Source of the DNA: Candidatus Poribacteria bacterium
GTDB lineage: Bacteria > Poribacteria > WGA-4E > WGA-3G
Reading direction: 5' to 3'
Length of the DNA stretch: 64,000 bases
Assembly: GCA_965205025.1 (NCBI GenBank)
Contig: CBDBFU010000032.1
Span: 202,571 to 266,570, forward strand
Position 1 is the first letter of the stretch, and each line of letters opens with the position of its first letter. Both the position numbers and the translations under genes were made by a program. The notes below the pieces were generated by a model. That model made no database searches. It saw nothing but the letters and a program-made list of their open reading frames with translations, and was not told where the DNA came from. This document shows, piece after piece, positions 21,102 to 32,447 of the stretch.

Positions 21102-22574
21102 GTGGATTACAAGAACAATATTGAGAGTATCCTCTATTTCACACCAGAGATCCTACTCATCGTATTTGCCGCAGCAGTTATCATCCTTGATCTTTTTGTT
21201 AAGAACAGGGATAGTCAGAAGGTCGCATATTTATCTCTGATAGGTCTTGGTTGTACTTTAGTTGCAGTTCTAATTACAAATTCATTAATTGCGGATAGTT
21301 CTTTACCCCTTTTCTTGGGTATGATTCGCTTAGATAAGTTTGCGGTTTTTTTCAAAGTATTGTTAGTATTAGCAACTGCAGCAACTATCCTGTTCTCACT
21401 CCGATCCGATGAAATTGATGCAAGATTAAAGGGTGAGTATTACGCTCTTTTGTTGGCTGTAACCCTAGGTATGTTTCTAATGGCATCATCAACAAATCTG
21501 TTGATGATTTTCATTTCTTTAGAAACCGTTAGTCTTACCTCATACATTCTTGCCGGTTTCTTAACCCATAGTCCACGTTCAAGTGAAGCAGCCTTCAAAT
21601 ACATTACCTACGGTGCCGTAGCATCTGGAACGATGTTATTTGGATTATCATTGTTGTATGGTATGACTGGAACAGGGAATTTAGCAGAGATTAGTCAACG
21701 ACTACCTGAAGTTTTGGCAGCAGGTGATGTAACCGGGTTAGGTCTACTTATTGCAATTACTTTTATTCTTGCAGGTATAGGTTATAAAATTGCATCAGTT
21801 CCTTTCCATATGTGGTCACCAGATGTCTACGAAGGTGCTCCCATTCCTATAACAGCATTTCTATCTGTTGCTTCCAAAGCTGCAGGATTTGCTCTGTTTT
21901 TAAGGTTCTTTTATTCAGGGTTTCAAGCAGAGGGAGTTCTACAATCAGTTGACTGGACTTTTTTGTTAGCCATTGTTTCTGCACTTACGATGACAATAGG
22001 GAATCTTGCAGCATTACCACAACAAAACGTGAAACGACTATTGGCATATTCAAGCATCTCACATGGTGGTTATCTATTGATGGGTGGTGTTCTTCTAACC
22101 TCTGAAGGACTCAGTGCAATCCTCTTCTATCTTGTGGTCTACTTCTTTATGAATTTGGGGGCATTCTATGTCGTTGTCTTAATTGCAAATGAATCGGGTA
22201 GTGAAATGATTGAGAGTTATCGCGGTCTTTCATCTCGGGCACCATTTGTTGCTGTAGCAATGTTGATTTTCTTGGTTTCTCTTACTGGTATACCACCTGT
22301 TGCAGGATTCTTCGGTAAATGGTTATTATTCACTGCTGTCATTAGTAAAGGAATGTATTGGTTGGCACTTATCGGTCTATTGAATAGTGTAGTTTCACTC
22401 TACTACTATGCTCGTATTATCAAAGCAATGTATTTTGAATCTTCTGAAGAAGAAGAGAGTTTTTCATTTTCAAATAGCACATTTGCTTTATTGAGTGTCT
22501 TTGTGATCCCCACCATTTTTATCGGTATCCTAAATTTCCTTTATAACTACTCAGATAAGATAACTCTACAGTAA
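21102..22574 (+). CDS. nuoN: NADH-quinone oxidoreductase subunit N (cluster 1)
   Basis: SEAAFKY, KIASVPFHMWSPDVYEGAP and KRLLAYSSISH; AGGAGG before GTG. Confidence 0.96.
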   Translation: MDYKNNIESILYFTPEILLIVFAAAVIILDLFVKNRDSQKVAYLSLIGLGCTLVAVLITNSLIADSSLPLFLGMIRLDKFAVFFKVLLVLATAATILFSLRSDEIDARLKGEYYALLLAVTLGMFLMASSTNLLMIFISLETVSLTSYILAGFLTHSPRSSEAAFKYITYGAVASGTMLFGLSLLYGMTGTGNLAEISQRLPEVLAAGDVTGLGLLIAITFILAGIGYKIASVPFHMWSPDVYEGAPIPITAFLSVASKAAGFALFLRFFYSGFQAEGVLQSVDWTFLLAIVSALTMTIGNLAALPQQNVKRLLAYSSISHGGYLLMGGVLLTSEGLSAILFYLVVYFFMNLGAFYVVVLIANESGSEMIESYRGLSSRAPFVAVAMLIFLVSLTGIPPVAGFFGKWLLFTAVISKGMYWLALIGLLNSVVSLYYYARIIKAMYFESSEEEESFSFSNSTFALLSVFVIPTIFIGILNFLYNYSDKITLQ

Positions 22575-22591
22575 GAGAATTACCAAACAGA

Positions 22592-22621
22592 TTGACATTA
22601 CGGGTTTGATTACTGTATACT
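22592..22621 (+). promoter_or_regulatory. Putative sigma70 promoter of tRNA-Gln
   Basis: TTGACA-N18-TATACT, 14 bp before the tRNA. Confidence 0.6.
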
Positions 22622-22635
22622 AATTCTTTATTCAA

Positions 22636-22706
22636 TGCCCGGTCGTCTAATGGTAGGACGCATGACTCTGGATCATGTGGTGAAGGTTCGAGTCCTTCCC
22701 GGGCAG
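22636..22706 (+). tRNA. tRNA-Gln (anticodon CTG), CCA not encoded
   Basis: Acceptor stem TGCCCGG/CCGGGCA, D loop TAATGGTA, anticodon arm CATGA-CTCTGGA-TCATG, T arm GAAGG-TTCGAGT-CCTTC. Confidence 0.95.
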
Positions 22707-22752
22707 TATAGTGAATACAAAATACTTATAATGAAACTTAGATGGAGTCAAG

Positions 22753-23187
22753 ATGGAACGTGTAGAAACCACACCTGAAGAATATATCGAAAGCCAAGAA
22801 CCAGAAATTAAAACTGTTCTGACAGAACTACATGAATTAATCAAGACAGCCTTACCAGATCAAGATATATGTTTGTGGGAAGGCGTTTTTTGGGGAGGCA
22901 GTCAACAAAGCATCATCGGATATGGACATTGGTCTTACCAACGGTCTGATAAAAAGCAAGTCGAATGGTTTCTCGTAGGGTTAACACGGCAAAAGAACTA
23001 TTACAGTATCTATGTGAATGCAGTTGAAGGAAGAAAATATCTTACCGAGATTTATAGTGACCGTCTTGGTAAAGTCAAGACAGGAAAGAGTAGTATCGGA
23101 TTTCGCAAACTTGCCGATGTGGATCTTGATGTCTTACGTGAATTAATTGAACACGCATATAAAACTACATCCGATAACGATTCATAA
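22753..23187 (+). CDS. DUF1801 (YdhG-like) domain protein
   Basis: TPEEYI, IIGYG, QKNYYSIY and LGKVKTGKSSIGF patterns. Confidence 0.75.
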   Translation: MERVETTPEEYIESQEPEIKTVLTELHELIKTALPDQDICLWEGVFWGGSQQSIIGYGHWSYQRSDKKQVEWFLVGLTRQKNYYSIYVNAVEGRKYLTEIYSDRLGKVKTGKSSIGFRKLADVDLDVLRELIEHAYKTTSDNDS

Positions 23188-23248
23188 ATAACAGAAATCA
23201 GAATACTATCTATAGACCTATACTAATTCACCACTAACGTCTAATGGG

Positions 23249-23278
23249 TAGGACAGATGGTTTTAAACCATCATCCTA
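23249..23278 (+). terminator. Hairpin after the DUF1801 gene
   Basis: TAGGA-CA-GATGGTTT-T-AAACCATC-A-TCCTA inverted repeat; weak U tract. Confidence 0.4.
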
Positions 23279-23380
23279 AAGTTTATATTCCATTACAAGT
23301 ATTCATTTTCTTTATACTTCCATTTTATCTTCCATCAATCCAGTGTCTCTGTCCATTATACACATCATGGAGAAAACTCA

Positions 23381-25447
23381 ATGACCGATTCCCCCAAACA
23401 TACAAACCGACTAATAAATGAAACGAGTCCTTATCTTCTTCAACATGCACATAATCCAGTGGATTGGTATCCGTGGGGTGAAGAGGCATTGGATCATGCA
23501 AAAAAAGAGAATAAACCTATACTACTGAGTATCGGATATTCTGCCTGTCATTGGTGTCATGTAATGGAACGAGAATCCTTCGAAAATGAAGATATTGCAG
23601 ACATTATGAATAGTTTGTTCGTCAACATTAAGGTGGATAGAGAAGAACGACCAGATTTAGATGAAATCTATATGAATGCTGTTCAAATTATGACACAACA
23701 TGGGGGTTGGCCTATGACGGTTTTCCTAACTCCCGATTTGAAACCGTTCTATGGTGGAACCTACTATCCCCCTACAGATAGTTATGGAAGACCTGGATTC
23801 CCTAAGGTTATGCATGCTGTGGCAGAAGCATTCAATGAGAAGAACACACAAGTCTTGGAACAAGCAGACCAACTAACTAATCAACTCAGTCGGATGAGTC
23901 ACCTTGTTGATCCACAAGAACATGAACTAACAGAAGAACTGATGTCAAAAGCATTTAACGACTACCGATCACGATTCGATTCACACTATGGTGGTTTTGG
24001 TAATGCACCTAAATTTCCACCAAGTATGGGGCTACCTTTTCTCCTACGATATTGGCACCATAGTGGTAATGCTAATGCATTAGAAATGGTTGAACTCACT
24101 TTACAAAAAATGGCTCGTGGTGGAATGTATGACCAACTCGGTGGTGGATTTCATAGATATTCTACTGATGAAAAATGGCTTGTCCCACATTTTGAAAAAA
24201 TGCTATATGACAATGCATTACTTGTCGTAGCATATTTTGAAACATACCAAGCTACACAAAATACCTTTTATCGTGATATTGCTACCGATACCTTGGATTA
24301 TATTCTACGAGAAATGTATGATGAGGAGAATGGTGGGTTTTATTCTACCCAGGATGCAGATAGTGAAGGTGTTGAAGGAAAGTTCTTTGTATGGGAACCC
24401 AATGATGTAGAGGATGTGATTGGTGAAGAAAATGCAAGAATCTTTTGTGAATTCTATGATATTACACCTCATGGGAATTTTGAAGGTGAAAACATACTTC
24501 ATATTCAAACACCACAAGATGTCTTTGCTCGAAAGATTGGAATGGATCAGGGTGAATTGGAAAACCTTCTGTCTACATCAAGAATGAAATTATTCGATGA
24601 AAGAGAGAAGCGAATTAAACCTGGTCTTGATGACAAAATACTCACGAGTTGGAACGGTATCATGATACGTGGAATGGCTATGGGATATCAATTAACTGGT
24701 AAATCTGAATATCTTACTGCTTGTGAGAATTCTGTAAAATTTGTCCTAACTACGCTTTCACAAGAGAATGGATTACTCTTACGTACATATCGATCAGGAA
24801 AGAGCCATCTCAATGCTTATCTGGAGGATTATTCCTATTTCATTTCAGGATTGATCGCATTATATGAAGCCAGTTTTGACTCCAGATGGCTAAAGGAAGC
24901 AGAACGACTTGCTAATATTATGATTGATCAGTTTGGGGATGAGAACGGAGATGGATTCTTCTTCACAGGAAAAGCACATGAAGCTCTAATAGTCCAATCA
25001 AAATCCGCGTATGATGGGGCAACACCTTCAGGTGCATCTATGGCAATACATGGATTGTTGCGTCTTGCAAAACACCTGGATAATCCTGTTTTGCACGAGA
25101 CGGCTGTTGACACTTTGAAACTTTACTTCAATCAGATGGAATCAATGCCTTCTGGTTCAGGACAACTCTTATGTGAATTATCTTTTCTATTGTCTACACC
25201 AAAAGAGATTGCAATTATTGGGGAGATAGGTATTGAAAGAACAAAGGAGATCTTAACCACATTACACAATATGTATATACCAAACAAGATTGTTGGTTTG
25301 TCCGATCCTAATGAAGAAAACAGGTTACCACTTCTGGCAAATAAACCTCAGGTTGATGGGAACTCTACAGTATATGTGTGTGAGAACTTTGCTTGCCAAA
25401 CTCCTACCTGTAATGTAGATGAATTTGTTGAGTTGTTACAGCAGTGA
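23381..25447 (+). CDS. YyaL/SSP411-like thioredoxin-domain protein (DUF255)
   Basis: [42 protein letters not shown] and [10 protein letters not shown]. Confidence 0.93.
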   Translation: MTDSPKHTNRLINETSPYLLQHAHNPVDWYPWGEEALDHAKKENKPILLSIGYSACHWCHVMERESFENEDIADIMNSLFVNIKVDREERPDLDEIYMNAVQIMTQHGGWPMTVFLTPDLKPFYGGTYYPPTDSYGRPGFPKVMHAVAEAFNEKNTQVLEQADQLTNQLSRMSHLVDPQEHELTEELMSKAFNDYRSRFDSHYGGFGNAPKFPPSMGLPFLLRYWHHSGNANALEMVELTLQKMARGGMYDQLGGGFHRYSTDEKWLVPHFEKMLYDNALLVVAYFETYQATQNTFYRDIATDTLDYILREMYDEENGGFYSTQDADSEGVEGKFFVWEPNDVEDVIGEENARIFCEFYDITPHGNFEGENILHIQTPQDVFARKIGMDQGELENLLSTSRMKLFDEREKRIKPGLDDKILTSWNGIMIRGMAMGYQLTGKSEYLTACENSVKFVLTTLSQENGLLLRTYRSGKSHLNAYLEDYSYFISGLIALYEASFDSRWLKEAERLANIMIDQFGDENGDGFFFTGKAHEALIVQSKSAYDGATPSGASMAIHGLLRLAKHLDNPVLHETAVDTLKLYFNQMESMPSGSGQLLCELSFLLSTPKEIAIIGEIGIERTKEILTTLHNMYIPNKIVGLSDPNEENRLPLLANKPQVDGNSTVYVCENFACQTPTCNVDEFVELLQQ

Positions 25448-25479
25448 TCTATATAAACAAAGTTTTGGGATTTACCACT

Positions 25480-26291
25480 TTAACCTGACAATTTAACCAT
25501 ATCCTGCTTAACTATCTTTTTGATATGTGTATTATCTACATAAGCAATTAACTCTTGTGTTTCAGGGGCTAATCTTCCTCTCAGGTCTTCAGGTATCCGA
25601 CTTTCCCACGGTCTTGGGGTCTATATCGTAAAACAAGAAAACATCTATACCTATCTTTAGGTTTCCATGGTAATGCACCATGAGTTAGCAACTCTGATAT
25701 GATTAGAATATCACCAGCTTTTGGTGTGATGTTCACAACCCCTAAAGGAATATTGTTGAAATCATCAACAGTTCCGTTATTGAAAATATCTTCTGGACGA
25801 TCATATTCTGCCTTATGTGAACCTGGAACAATTAATAGTCCTCCATCCCCAGGATTCACATCAGTTAGGTATGGAAAGACCACGAAATCATCGCAATAGA
25901 TTTTTCCATTTCGGTTCTCAAAACAGTTCCTGTCTCTACCAAAGTCTTCACGTGCACAATGAAGATGGAGAGGATCACCACCTTCTGGGACACCAATTCT
26001 ATCAGCAATCATTGTACCCCGCATAAGTTGCGGTTTATTATCTGTTAGTTCCTTAATTATAGGCCAAGAGGCTGGATGCATTGCTAATGCTTCCAATGCT
26101 CTTGAGAATGCAACACCGTTTGGTAAGTGTTTACCACTTGAGTCAAATCCTGTAGGAAGTTCCTCAGTAGGGGTATTGATGTAATTTTCCGCTGATTCTT
26201 GTGCTGCTTTTAGATCATTTCCTTGTATTGCATTCTCAAGATGAAGATATCCGGTCACATCAAATAGATAACGTTGTTCTGGTGTCATCAT
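25480..26291 (-). CDS. Phytanoyl-CoA dioxygenase (PhyH) family Fe/2OG oxygenase, probable frameshift near 25598
   Basis: QRYLFDVTGYL, VPGSHK, LTHGALPW; the ORF stops at 25581 but a shifted frame continues IPEDLRGRLAPETQELIAY...KLSG to a stop near 25480. Confidence 0.8.
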
Positions 26292-26305
26292 GTGGTTTAT
26301 TCCTT

Positions 26306-27580
26306 CTATAGATGTTCAAATTCAGTTTCCCAAATCGGCAAATCTTTTGTTTCTAATTGTATATAAAGATCATCAAACTCTGTAGAACCATCATCCTCCC
26401 ATTCATCAAGTCTAACCCCTGGAACATAAGACTCATCTACTCCTTGTTTCATCAGTCGTTCAGCTTGTTGTAAGTTTCGATAATAGTGTTTTGTTCCATC
26501 TGGGAAAGATACAGTTGAGATGTGACGATTCCATTTCGGTTCGGGGGTGTGAGTGTACCGTTCCAAAGCGTCTTCATTTAACTCAATTCCTAATCCTGCA
26601 CCATTTGGTACTTGCATGAAACCGCGCTGAATTTTGTGTGGAGTTACAATCAAGTCATCTTCATACGCATGACTTGCAGTTACTCCAGGGAGTGTCGCTG
26701 TTGGAATTACAGCCCCTAAATGACATGCAAAAGCTGTAGTAATTCCTGTACCCACATATTGTAATAGAATGGGTGTATTTGCTGCAGCGAATGTCCAACC
26801 AGAGGCAAGAGCACTTTTGACAGTTTCATGACTACATAATGCTCCATCAAAGTCTCCAGCTCGTAGTCCTAACCAAGGACCAGATGGTTGCCGAGATGCC
26901 CCTTCCCGAATAACACCCACACCATGCAGATAAAATGGTATTTGTACCTCTTTATGTAATCTACGCCATCCTTCAACATCATAAGCAAAAATCGGTTCTT
27001 CAATACCTTTAACAACAGGGATCTTCTCCAGTTCCCTAAGGATAGGTAAGGCTTTTTCAACATTAATCAATGAACCGTTAAAATCGAATTCCACACGAAA
27101 ATCTGTAGGGGCAACTTGTTGGATTGCTTTTGCTTGTTCAATCACATCATAGAAAGCACGTGCTTTACATTTCAATCCTCGAAACCCGCGGTCAACTGCT
27201 ACTTGTACCTCATCTGCTGTATCATCTGGGGACATACACGGCATCCACCAACCCATTGCAACCCAGTCTCTTACCTGCTGACCCATCAATTTCCAGGCAG
27301 GTAAACCAAGATGTTTACCCATTAGGTCATAACAAGCCATATCCAAATTGAACCTACCATTACCCATCACATGGTCAAATGGATTCGTACCAATATAGGA
27401 GTCCAGTATGTCCTGATCGAACGGTAATCCTGGATTTTCACCTATACCAATCAGACCGTTTTCGGTGTGGAATTTATAGACTGTCACCATTTCAGTCATT
27501 GCAAAATGATAATACCTTTTTCTGATCCGCTGTTCGTATGGTACACGTAATGGAATTACATCAATATGGTTGATTTTCAT
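26306..27580 (-). CDS. Mandelate racemase/muconate lactonizing enzyme family (enolase superfamily)
   Basis: DMACYDLMGKHLGLP, KxK (LKCK), DFNG, EEP and PNGAGLGIELN. Confidence 0.85.
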   Translation of the reverse strand: MKINHIDVIPLRVPYEQRIRKRYYHFAMTEMVTVYKFHTENGLIGIGENPGLPFDQDILDSYIGTNPFDHVMGNGRFNLDMACYDLMGKHLGLPAWKLMGQQVRDWVAMGWWMPCMSPDDTADEVQVAVDRGFRGLKCKARAFYDVIEQAKAIQQVAPTDFRVEFDFNGSLINVEKALPILRELEKIPVVKGIEEPIFAYDVEGWRRLHKEVQIPFYLHGVGVIREGASRQPSGPWLGLRAGDFDGALCSHETVKSALASGWTFAAANTPILLQYVGTGITTAFACHLGAVIPTATLPGVTASHAYEDDLIVTPHKIQRGFMQVPNGAGLGIELNEDALERYTHTPEPKWNRHISTVSFPDGTKHYYRNLQQAERLMKQGVDESYVPGVRLDEWEDDGSTEFDDLYIQLETKDLPIWETEFEHL

Positions 27581-27675
27581 AAGATATGAATTATGGATAT
27601 GGTAAATGTTTGGAATTTATATTGTATATCAATAAGAAGTTAAGGCAGACGAATACTAACTTTATACCAATTGAT

Positions 27676-28365
27676 TTACAATCCTAAAATTGGAAGGATT
27701 TCAGTGAGAGAAGTCACCTCATAATCGGGTGTAATTTCGGTGTTGTTAGTTTCTCCATTCCTGTTTAACCAAACAGTATGACCACCGACATTTTTAGCAC
27801 CATAAACATCATTTACAAGTGAGTCACCTACATGAAGCATCTGAGTTAATTCGAAACCATTTTGTTCTGCTGCAATCTCAAAAAACCTTGGATTAGGTTT
27901 CTCAAACTGTATATCCTGTGAAAAGACAACGAATTCAAAATAGTTTTCAAGACCACATCGTTCTGGATAGGTGTTACCGTTGGAAAGCAATCCGATATTA
28001 AAATGTTGTCCTAATACATCAAAGGTTGGTATCACGTCAGGATATAACTCTATATCTTCAAAGCGATGTTTTCTATATAGAGTATTTAGGTGTGATGCAA
28101 GATTCTTATCAGGGTGACCAACATATTCAAGAGTTCGTTCAAATGCTCCTTTTCTAATTTCCTCAAGGTTCCAAATCTTCCCTTGCACATCTTCAGCATA
28201 TCGATTTCGAATGTCAATCATTTTTTCAATCGTTAGATCTGAAACCTTTTGAGATTTTACATGCTTTTGGAGTTCCTCTAATGTCTTTTGAAGAGAGTAT
28301 CGCATCACTTGGAGGAAATCCCACAAAGTCATATCACCATCAAAAGACACAACTGAAATATTCAA
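27676..28365 (-). CDS. HAD-family hydrolase
   Basis: FDGDMTL, LSNGN, EKP and HVGDSLVNDVYGA. Confidence 0.88.
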   Translation of the reverse strand: MNISVVSFDGDMTLWDFLQVMRYSLQKTLEELQKHVKSQKVSDLTIEKMIDIRNRYAEDVQGKIWNLEEIRKGAFERTLEYVGHPDKNLASHLNTLYRKHRFEDIELYPDVIPTFDVLGQHFNIGLLSNGNTYPERCGLENYFEFVVFSQDIQFEKPNPRFFEIAAEQNGFELTQMLHVGDSLVNDVYGAKNVGGHTVWLNRNGETNNTEITPDYEVTSLTEILPILGL

Positions 28366-28378
28366 GAAATACTCCTAA

Positions 28379-28765
28379 CTATTGTGTAGGTACACCAATA
28401 GAAGCATGAATTTGGGCAAATAGCCAAGTATTGTCAACCATTTCTAATACCCCTGTCATCCGCATTACAAATTCCTCAGGAACACCTTGCCATTTGAGCT
28501 TCCATATCTGTTTTGTATAAAACCAAGCTACATCATTTCGTTCTTGAACATCAAACTTATGAAAAGTGATACTAAAATCCTCTGTACTTTCAGCATGGTT
28601 TTTGTAATATGCTGTTATATCTTCAGCACCTTCTATTACTTCATCAGAATCTGTTCCAATTTTTACATAGTATGTTCTTGGTAACATCAATGAAGTTAAA
28701 GTCTCAGCATCTCTGTTTAGTAGTGCATCAAAATATTTCTTTACAGTATCATACGCTTTCTGCAT
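28379..28765 (-). CDS. SnoaL/NTF2-like protein
   Basis: IGTDSDE and RMTGVLE...WLFAQIHAS; start MQKAY overlaps the upstream gene end. Confidence 0.75.
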   Translation of the reverse strand: MQKAYDTVKKYFDALLNRDAETLTSLMLPRTYYVKIGTDSDEVIEGAEDITAYYKNHAESTEDFSITFHKFDVQERNDVAWFYTKQIWKLKWQGVPEEFVMRMTGVLEMVDNTWLFAQIHASIGVPTQ

Positions 28766-29339
28766 TGTGAATACCAGTGAGTGCATTCCACAAAGCACTA
28801 CTCATCTTCTCACAAGCATCTATAACTTCTTGATGAGATTCTGTGGGTAATTCACTGATTCTTTGAAGTAGTTTTTCGGCTTCATGCTCATTATGGGAGT
28901 GTGTTTCAAAATATGGTTCAACCTTCTCAGGTAGTTGATAAAATTCTCTCAAACCAGCCAATTTCGACTTGGCAGTATCTGGTTGTTGTGCTTCAAAAGC
29001 ATAGAGTGCACCTAATGCCGATTCTTGTTGTGAAAATAGTGTTTTTGCAGTATCTAATAGAGATTGTACTTCTGGAATTTGAGCATTAGAAATCTGGGTA
29101 TTCAATCCACTTGCAAAGTCTTCCCACATTTCAATATGTTCTGTTTCTTCTTCAGCAGTTTCAGTGTCATTCAAAGTTTCCCATCCGTTAGGGATTGCTG
29201 AAATAAATGCACCATATTCACGTGCGTAACACTTTAAGTCTTCAACTGGTAATTCACCTACACTCCATGCCTGATAGAATGGATGATCAAGCAGATTATA
29301 TTTTGAAATCTTGTCATCTAAAGATTGTTTGAAATCCAT
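28749..29339 (-). CDS. CADD/PqqC-like heme-oxygenase-like diiron oxidase
   Basis: LLDHPFYQAWSVGEL, EEETEH, ALYAFEAQ, KSKLAGL and YFETH motifs. Confidence 0.8.
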   Translation of the reverse strand: MDFKQSLDDKISKYNLLDHPFYQAWSVGELPVEDLKCYAREYGAFISAIPNGWETLNDTETAEEETEHIEMWEDFASGLNTQISNAQIPEVQSLLDTAKTLFSQQESALGALYAFEAQQPDTAKSKLAGLREFYQLPEKVEPYFETHSHNEHEAEKLLQRISELPTESHQEVIDACEKMSSALWNALTGIHNAESV

Positions 29340-29445
29340 TGTTAGTTCTCCATTGTTGTAATCAATAACACTTGCAATTTAGGTAGTTAAATAGAGATTA
29401 GTTATTAGAAATTGGTAATTAAACACTGTATTTTATACGGTTGTA

Positions 29446-29474
29446 AGTATATCACATCAATGCATTGAAGTCAA
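29446..29474 (-). promoter_or_regulatory. Putative sigma70 promoter of the CADD-like operon
   Basis: Minus strand TTGACT-N17-TATACT with TGn extension. Confidence 0.55.
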
Positions 29475-29667
29475 GAATTTGAACTATTCAGTTTATATGA
29501 TTAGTACTCTAATTCAGAATCTCAAAGCAGGAGTTATGAGTGTAATTAATATGGAACTGCTGGTACATTATTCTGGATTCGTAAGTCCTACATTCCTATA
29601 GATAAATTCTGTTTTCATTTCAATTAAATGAGATTTCTGATAGAATCATTTATAAGTCAGATAATTT

Positions 29668-30423
29668 ATGAGGAATCACATGACTGAAGAACAGAAATTC
29701 ATTTTTGACCTTAAAGGTTATTTATTACTCCCTGAGGTATTGACAATATCTGAAGTTGATGGAATAAAATCACAGATTGATACAATTCGGTCTGATCCTA
29801 ACTCATTACCTGAACATGAAAGACGTTTCCCTGGTGGAGCATCATCGTCTCTGATTGATCATCCAGTTATTGTCGATATCCTTAAAGAGATATTGGGTGA
29901 GATTCGTATGGAATCAAGTTGGTTCACATATCGGAACCAGGGGGATGGAGGACCTGCACCACACGGTGGTGTGAGGAATGTCAATCCAAATTTTAGTTAT
30001 CAATGTACAAATGGTAAGATTTATTCCGCACTTACCCGTGTAGTTTTTGAATTGAATGAAGTTAAAGCAGGTGAAGGTGGCACACTTTTCTTACCTGGAA
30101 GTCATAAAGCCAACTTCCAGATACCAGAAGAACATCGTACTACAGAATCCCAACTTTTTGAGACCTATAGTTGTCCTCCGGGTTCTGCGATAATTTTCAC
30201 TGAGAATCTGTGTCATTCTGGGGTCACCTGGAAGAATCCGGACAGACCACGGATTGCTGTCTTTAACTGTTATAACTTTGTTGGATGTCAATTCCATAAA
30301 CCTTCGGTACCAAAGCAGATTATTGATGGATTACCACCAGAGAAACAAGCTTACTTTCGTTCTGTATGGGTTTGGGGTCAAGGTGGACCTGACAATGGAA
30401 AGAATCTTCATTATGATGGTTAG
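29668..30423 (+). CDS. Phytanoyl-CoA dioxygenase (PhyH) family protein
   Basis: QKFIFDLKGYL, PHGG, LPGSHK and LCHSG. Confidence 0.82.
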   Translation: MRNHMTEEQKFIFDLKGYLLLPEVLTISEVDGIKSQIDTIRSDPNSLPEHERRFPGGASSSLIDHPVIVDILKEILGEIRMESSWFTYRNQGDGGPAPHGGVRNVNPNFSYQCTNGKIYSALTRVVFELNEVKAGEGGTLFLPGSHKANFQIPEEHRTTESQLFETYSCPPGSAIIFTENLCHSGVTWKNPDRPRIAVFNCYNFVGCQFHKPSVPKQIIDGLPPEKQAYFRSVWVWGQGGPDNGKNLHYDG

Positions 30424-30429
30424 TGTATA

Positions 30430-30768
30430 ATGGTTCTGGATGACAAAACAATTAAGATTCCAACACAGAAACTCATTCATTTAGCAAAAGTTGATGCCAG
30501 AAAGAATGTCTCAATTTGGTCCTGCGGATCTATTGGGTTTCTAATTAGTCTAATTCCGTTCATAAAGATTCCAGCATTGGTTTTGGGTTGTCTTTTGGTT
30601 TTCCTATTAATACCCAGGATAGATCTTTCCACACAAGAAAAAATACACACATACTTTCAGCATCCAGCTCTTTATACAAAGCACTATATAAGACATGTAA
30701 GAATGTTACGAATTTCTAATTTCTTATGTGGATGGATATGTGGATTTATAATTATATCGTATGTGTAA
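30430..30768 (+). CDS. Hypothetical membrane protein
   Basis: 112 aa; hydrophobic segments; tightly spaced within the operon. Confidence 0.55.
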   Translation: MVLDDKTIKIPTQKLIHLAKVDARKNVSIWSCGSIGFLISLIPFIKIPALVLGCLLVFLLIPRIDLSTQEKIHTYFQHPALYTKHYIRHVRMLRISNFLCGWICGFIIISYV

Positions 30769-30786
30769 AGGAGTATATATTAACGA

Positions 30787-31125
30787 ATGTCAGAAAAATC
30801 AACTCCATATGATGGTATAAAAGGACAACTTATACTCAGGGATCATCTTGCAGCAGATAGGACGATTCTGGCAAATGAGCGAACATTTCTTGCATATATT
30901 CGTACTGCATTAACTCTTTTTGTTGCCGGTTTGTCATTTGTACATTTTGAAATAGCAACTAAAATGGTTAGTTCTCCTTTGGCTGATAGGACAATCGGAT
31001 TTGGGTTGATGTTATTAGGTTCAATTACATTTTTTCTTGGACTTTATAGGTATAATCGGATGAAGGTACTAATACGTGAAATTAAGCAAAGAGAATTAGC
31101 AGAAGGAATAAACTATGAAGATTAA
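30787..31125 (+). CDS. DUF202 (YidH-like) membrane protein
   Basis: RDHLAADRTILANERTFLAYIRT signature. Confidence 0.88.
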   Translation: MSEKSTPYDGIKGQLILRDHLAADRTILANERTFLAYIRTALTLFVAGLSFVHFEIATKMVSSPLADRTIGFGLMLLGSITFFLGLYRYNRMKVLIREIKQRELAEGINYED

Positions 31126-32134
31126 AGAAGTTGTTGTAACGGGGCAAAACCAGGTGGAACTCCAAACAAGTGAATTTGATGCTACCATACAGTCACCATC
31201 TGAAATACTGATTGATACAGAATATACTTTTATTAGTAGTGGTACAGAATTAGCAAACTATACTGGTCGTGAACCTAAGGTTTTTCAGCAAGGTTCGTGG
31301 TGTGCATATCCTTGGCGGTCTGGTTATGCTAATGTAGGTATCGTACGGGAAGTTGGATCAAATGTTACACGGACTACCCCTGGGGATCGTGTCTTTACTT
31401 ATGGACGTCATGCGTCCATAGTACGGTATTCACAGAATCGACTGATTGCCACTGTGCCAGATACAATGGATCCTGGTGTTGTTGCAGCATCACGAATGGC
31501 CGGTGTTGCTATGACAGGAATAATTGTCTCAGAGATTGGAACGAATCCGAGAGTTATTGTATTTGGTTTAGGTTTGGTAGGGAATCTGGTATCTCAGATG
31601 TTCCAAATCCATGGATGTAGAGTCATTGGTGTTGATCCAGTAGATGAAAGACGTAAATTAGCTGAAAGATGTGGAATTAAAGATACCGTGGGTGGAGATA
31701 TTGATGAAGTGCAAAAGCAGATCAACGAAATAACGAACGGAGAACTTGGTAATATTACTGTGGATGCAGTTGGTCACAGTAGTGTCGTTATGCAAGCACT
31801 TCGTGCAACTGCTACTCATGGGCAACTCATTATACTCGGTTCACCACGTGTTCCTGTTACCGGGAATTTAACCGAACTCCTTTCCGATACACATCTGCGA
31901 TGGATAACGATCAAAGGTGCATTAGAATGGTGTGTGCCAATGTACCCTGATACAGGAGATAACATATCTCAATATAGTAAACAACAGACAATTTTTGACT
32001 GGATTGAACGTGGAAAATTACATGTCAAACCGTTAATATCACATCGATTACTACCAGAAGATATAAAACAGGCTTATGATGGATTGTTGAATGAATCTAA
32101 TACTTATACTGGGGTTGTCTTAGATTGGACATAA
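31115..32134 (+). CDS. Medium-chain (Zn-ADH-like) dehydrogenase
   Basis: ISSGTE, GYANVG and GLGLVG Rossmann motif. Confidence 0.85.
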   Translation: MKIKEVVVTGQNQVELQTSEFDATIQSPSEILIDTEYTFISSGTELANYTGREPKVFQQGSWCAYPWRSGYANVGIVREVGSNVTRTTPGDRVFTYGRHASIVRYSQNRLIATVPDTMDPGVVAASRMAGVAMTGIIVSEIGTNPRVIVFGLGLVGNLVSQMFQIHGCRVIGVDPVDERRKLAERCGIKDTVGGDIDEVQKQINEITNGELGNITVDAVGHSSVVMQALRATATHGQLIILGSPRVPVTGNLTELLSDTHLRWITIKGALEWCVPMYPDTGDNISQYSKQQTIFDWIERGKLHVKPLISHRLLPEDIKQAYDGLLNESNTYTGVVLDWT

Positions 32135-32418
32135 AATTTTTCTATTCACCACATATACACATTTCAACGCTGATACTGTAGACAGAATTCATATTGAAAC
32201 TACACCAAATACCTTGACTTTAGGATACACCTTTCATGTAATCCAATAGTTGATTGTAAGCTTATCCGATCCGTAGAATGTGCAAAAAAAAATCGACAAA
32301 TCCGTATAAGAAATGCATCATTGATATAAGTAGTATTTACCCTTGAAAGGTATAAGTTGTAGGTAAAATAAATGAATAAAAATGTATATATACAACACTA
32401 ATAGTAAAACAGATTTAC

Positions 32419-32447
32419 TTGAAAACCATTCTCATTTATGGTATAAT
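32419..32447 (+). promoter_or_regulatory. Putative sigma70 promoter of rpsO-pnp
   Basis: TTGAAA-N17-TATAAT with TGn extended -10. Confidence 0.65.

Noticed and set aside
22636-23187. tRNA-Gln as a genomic island integration site
   Set aside because: No adjacent integrase, and no duplicated tRNA 3' end noticed in the window
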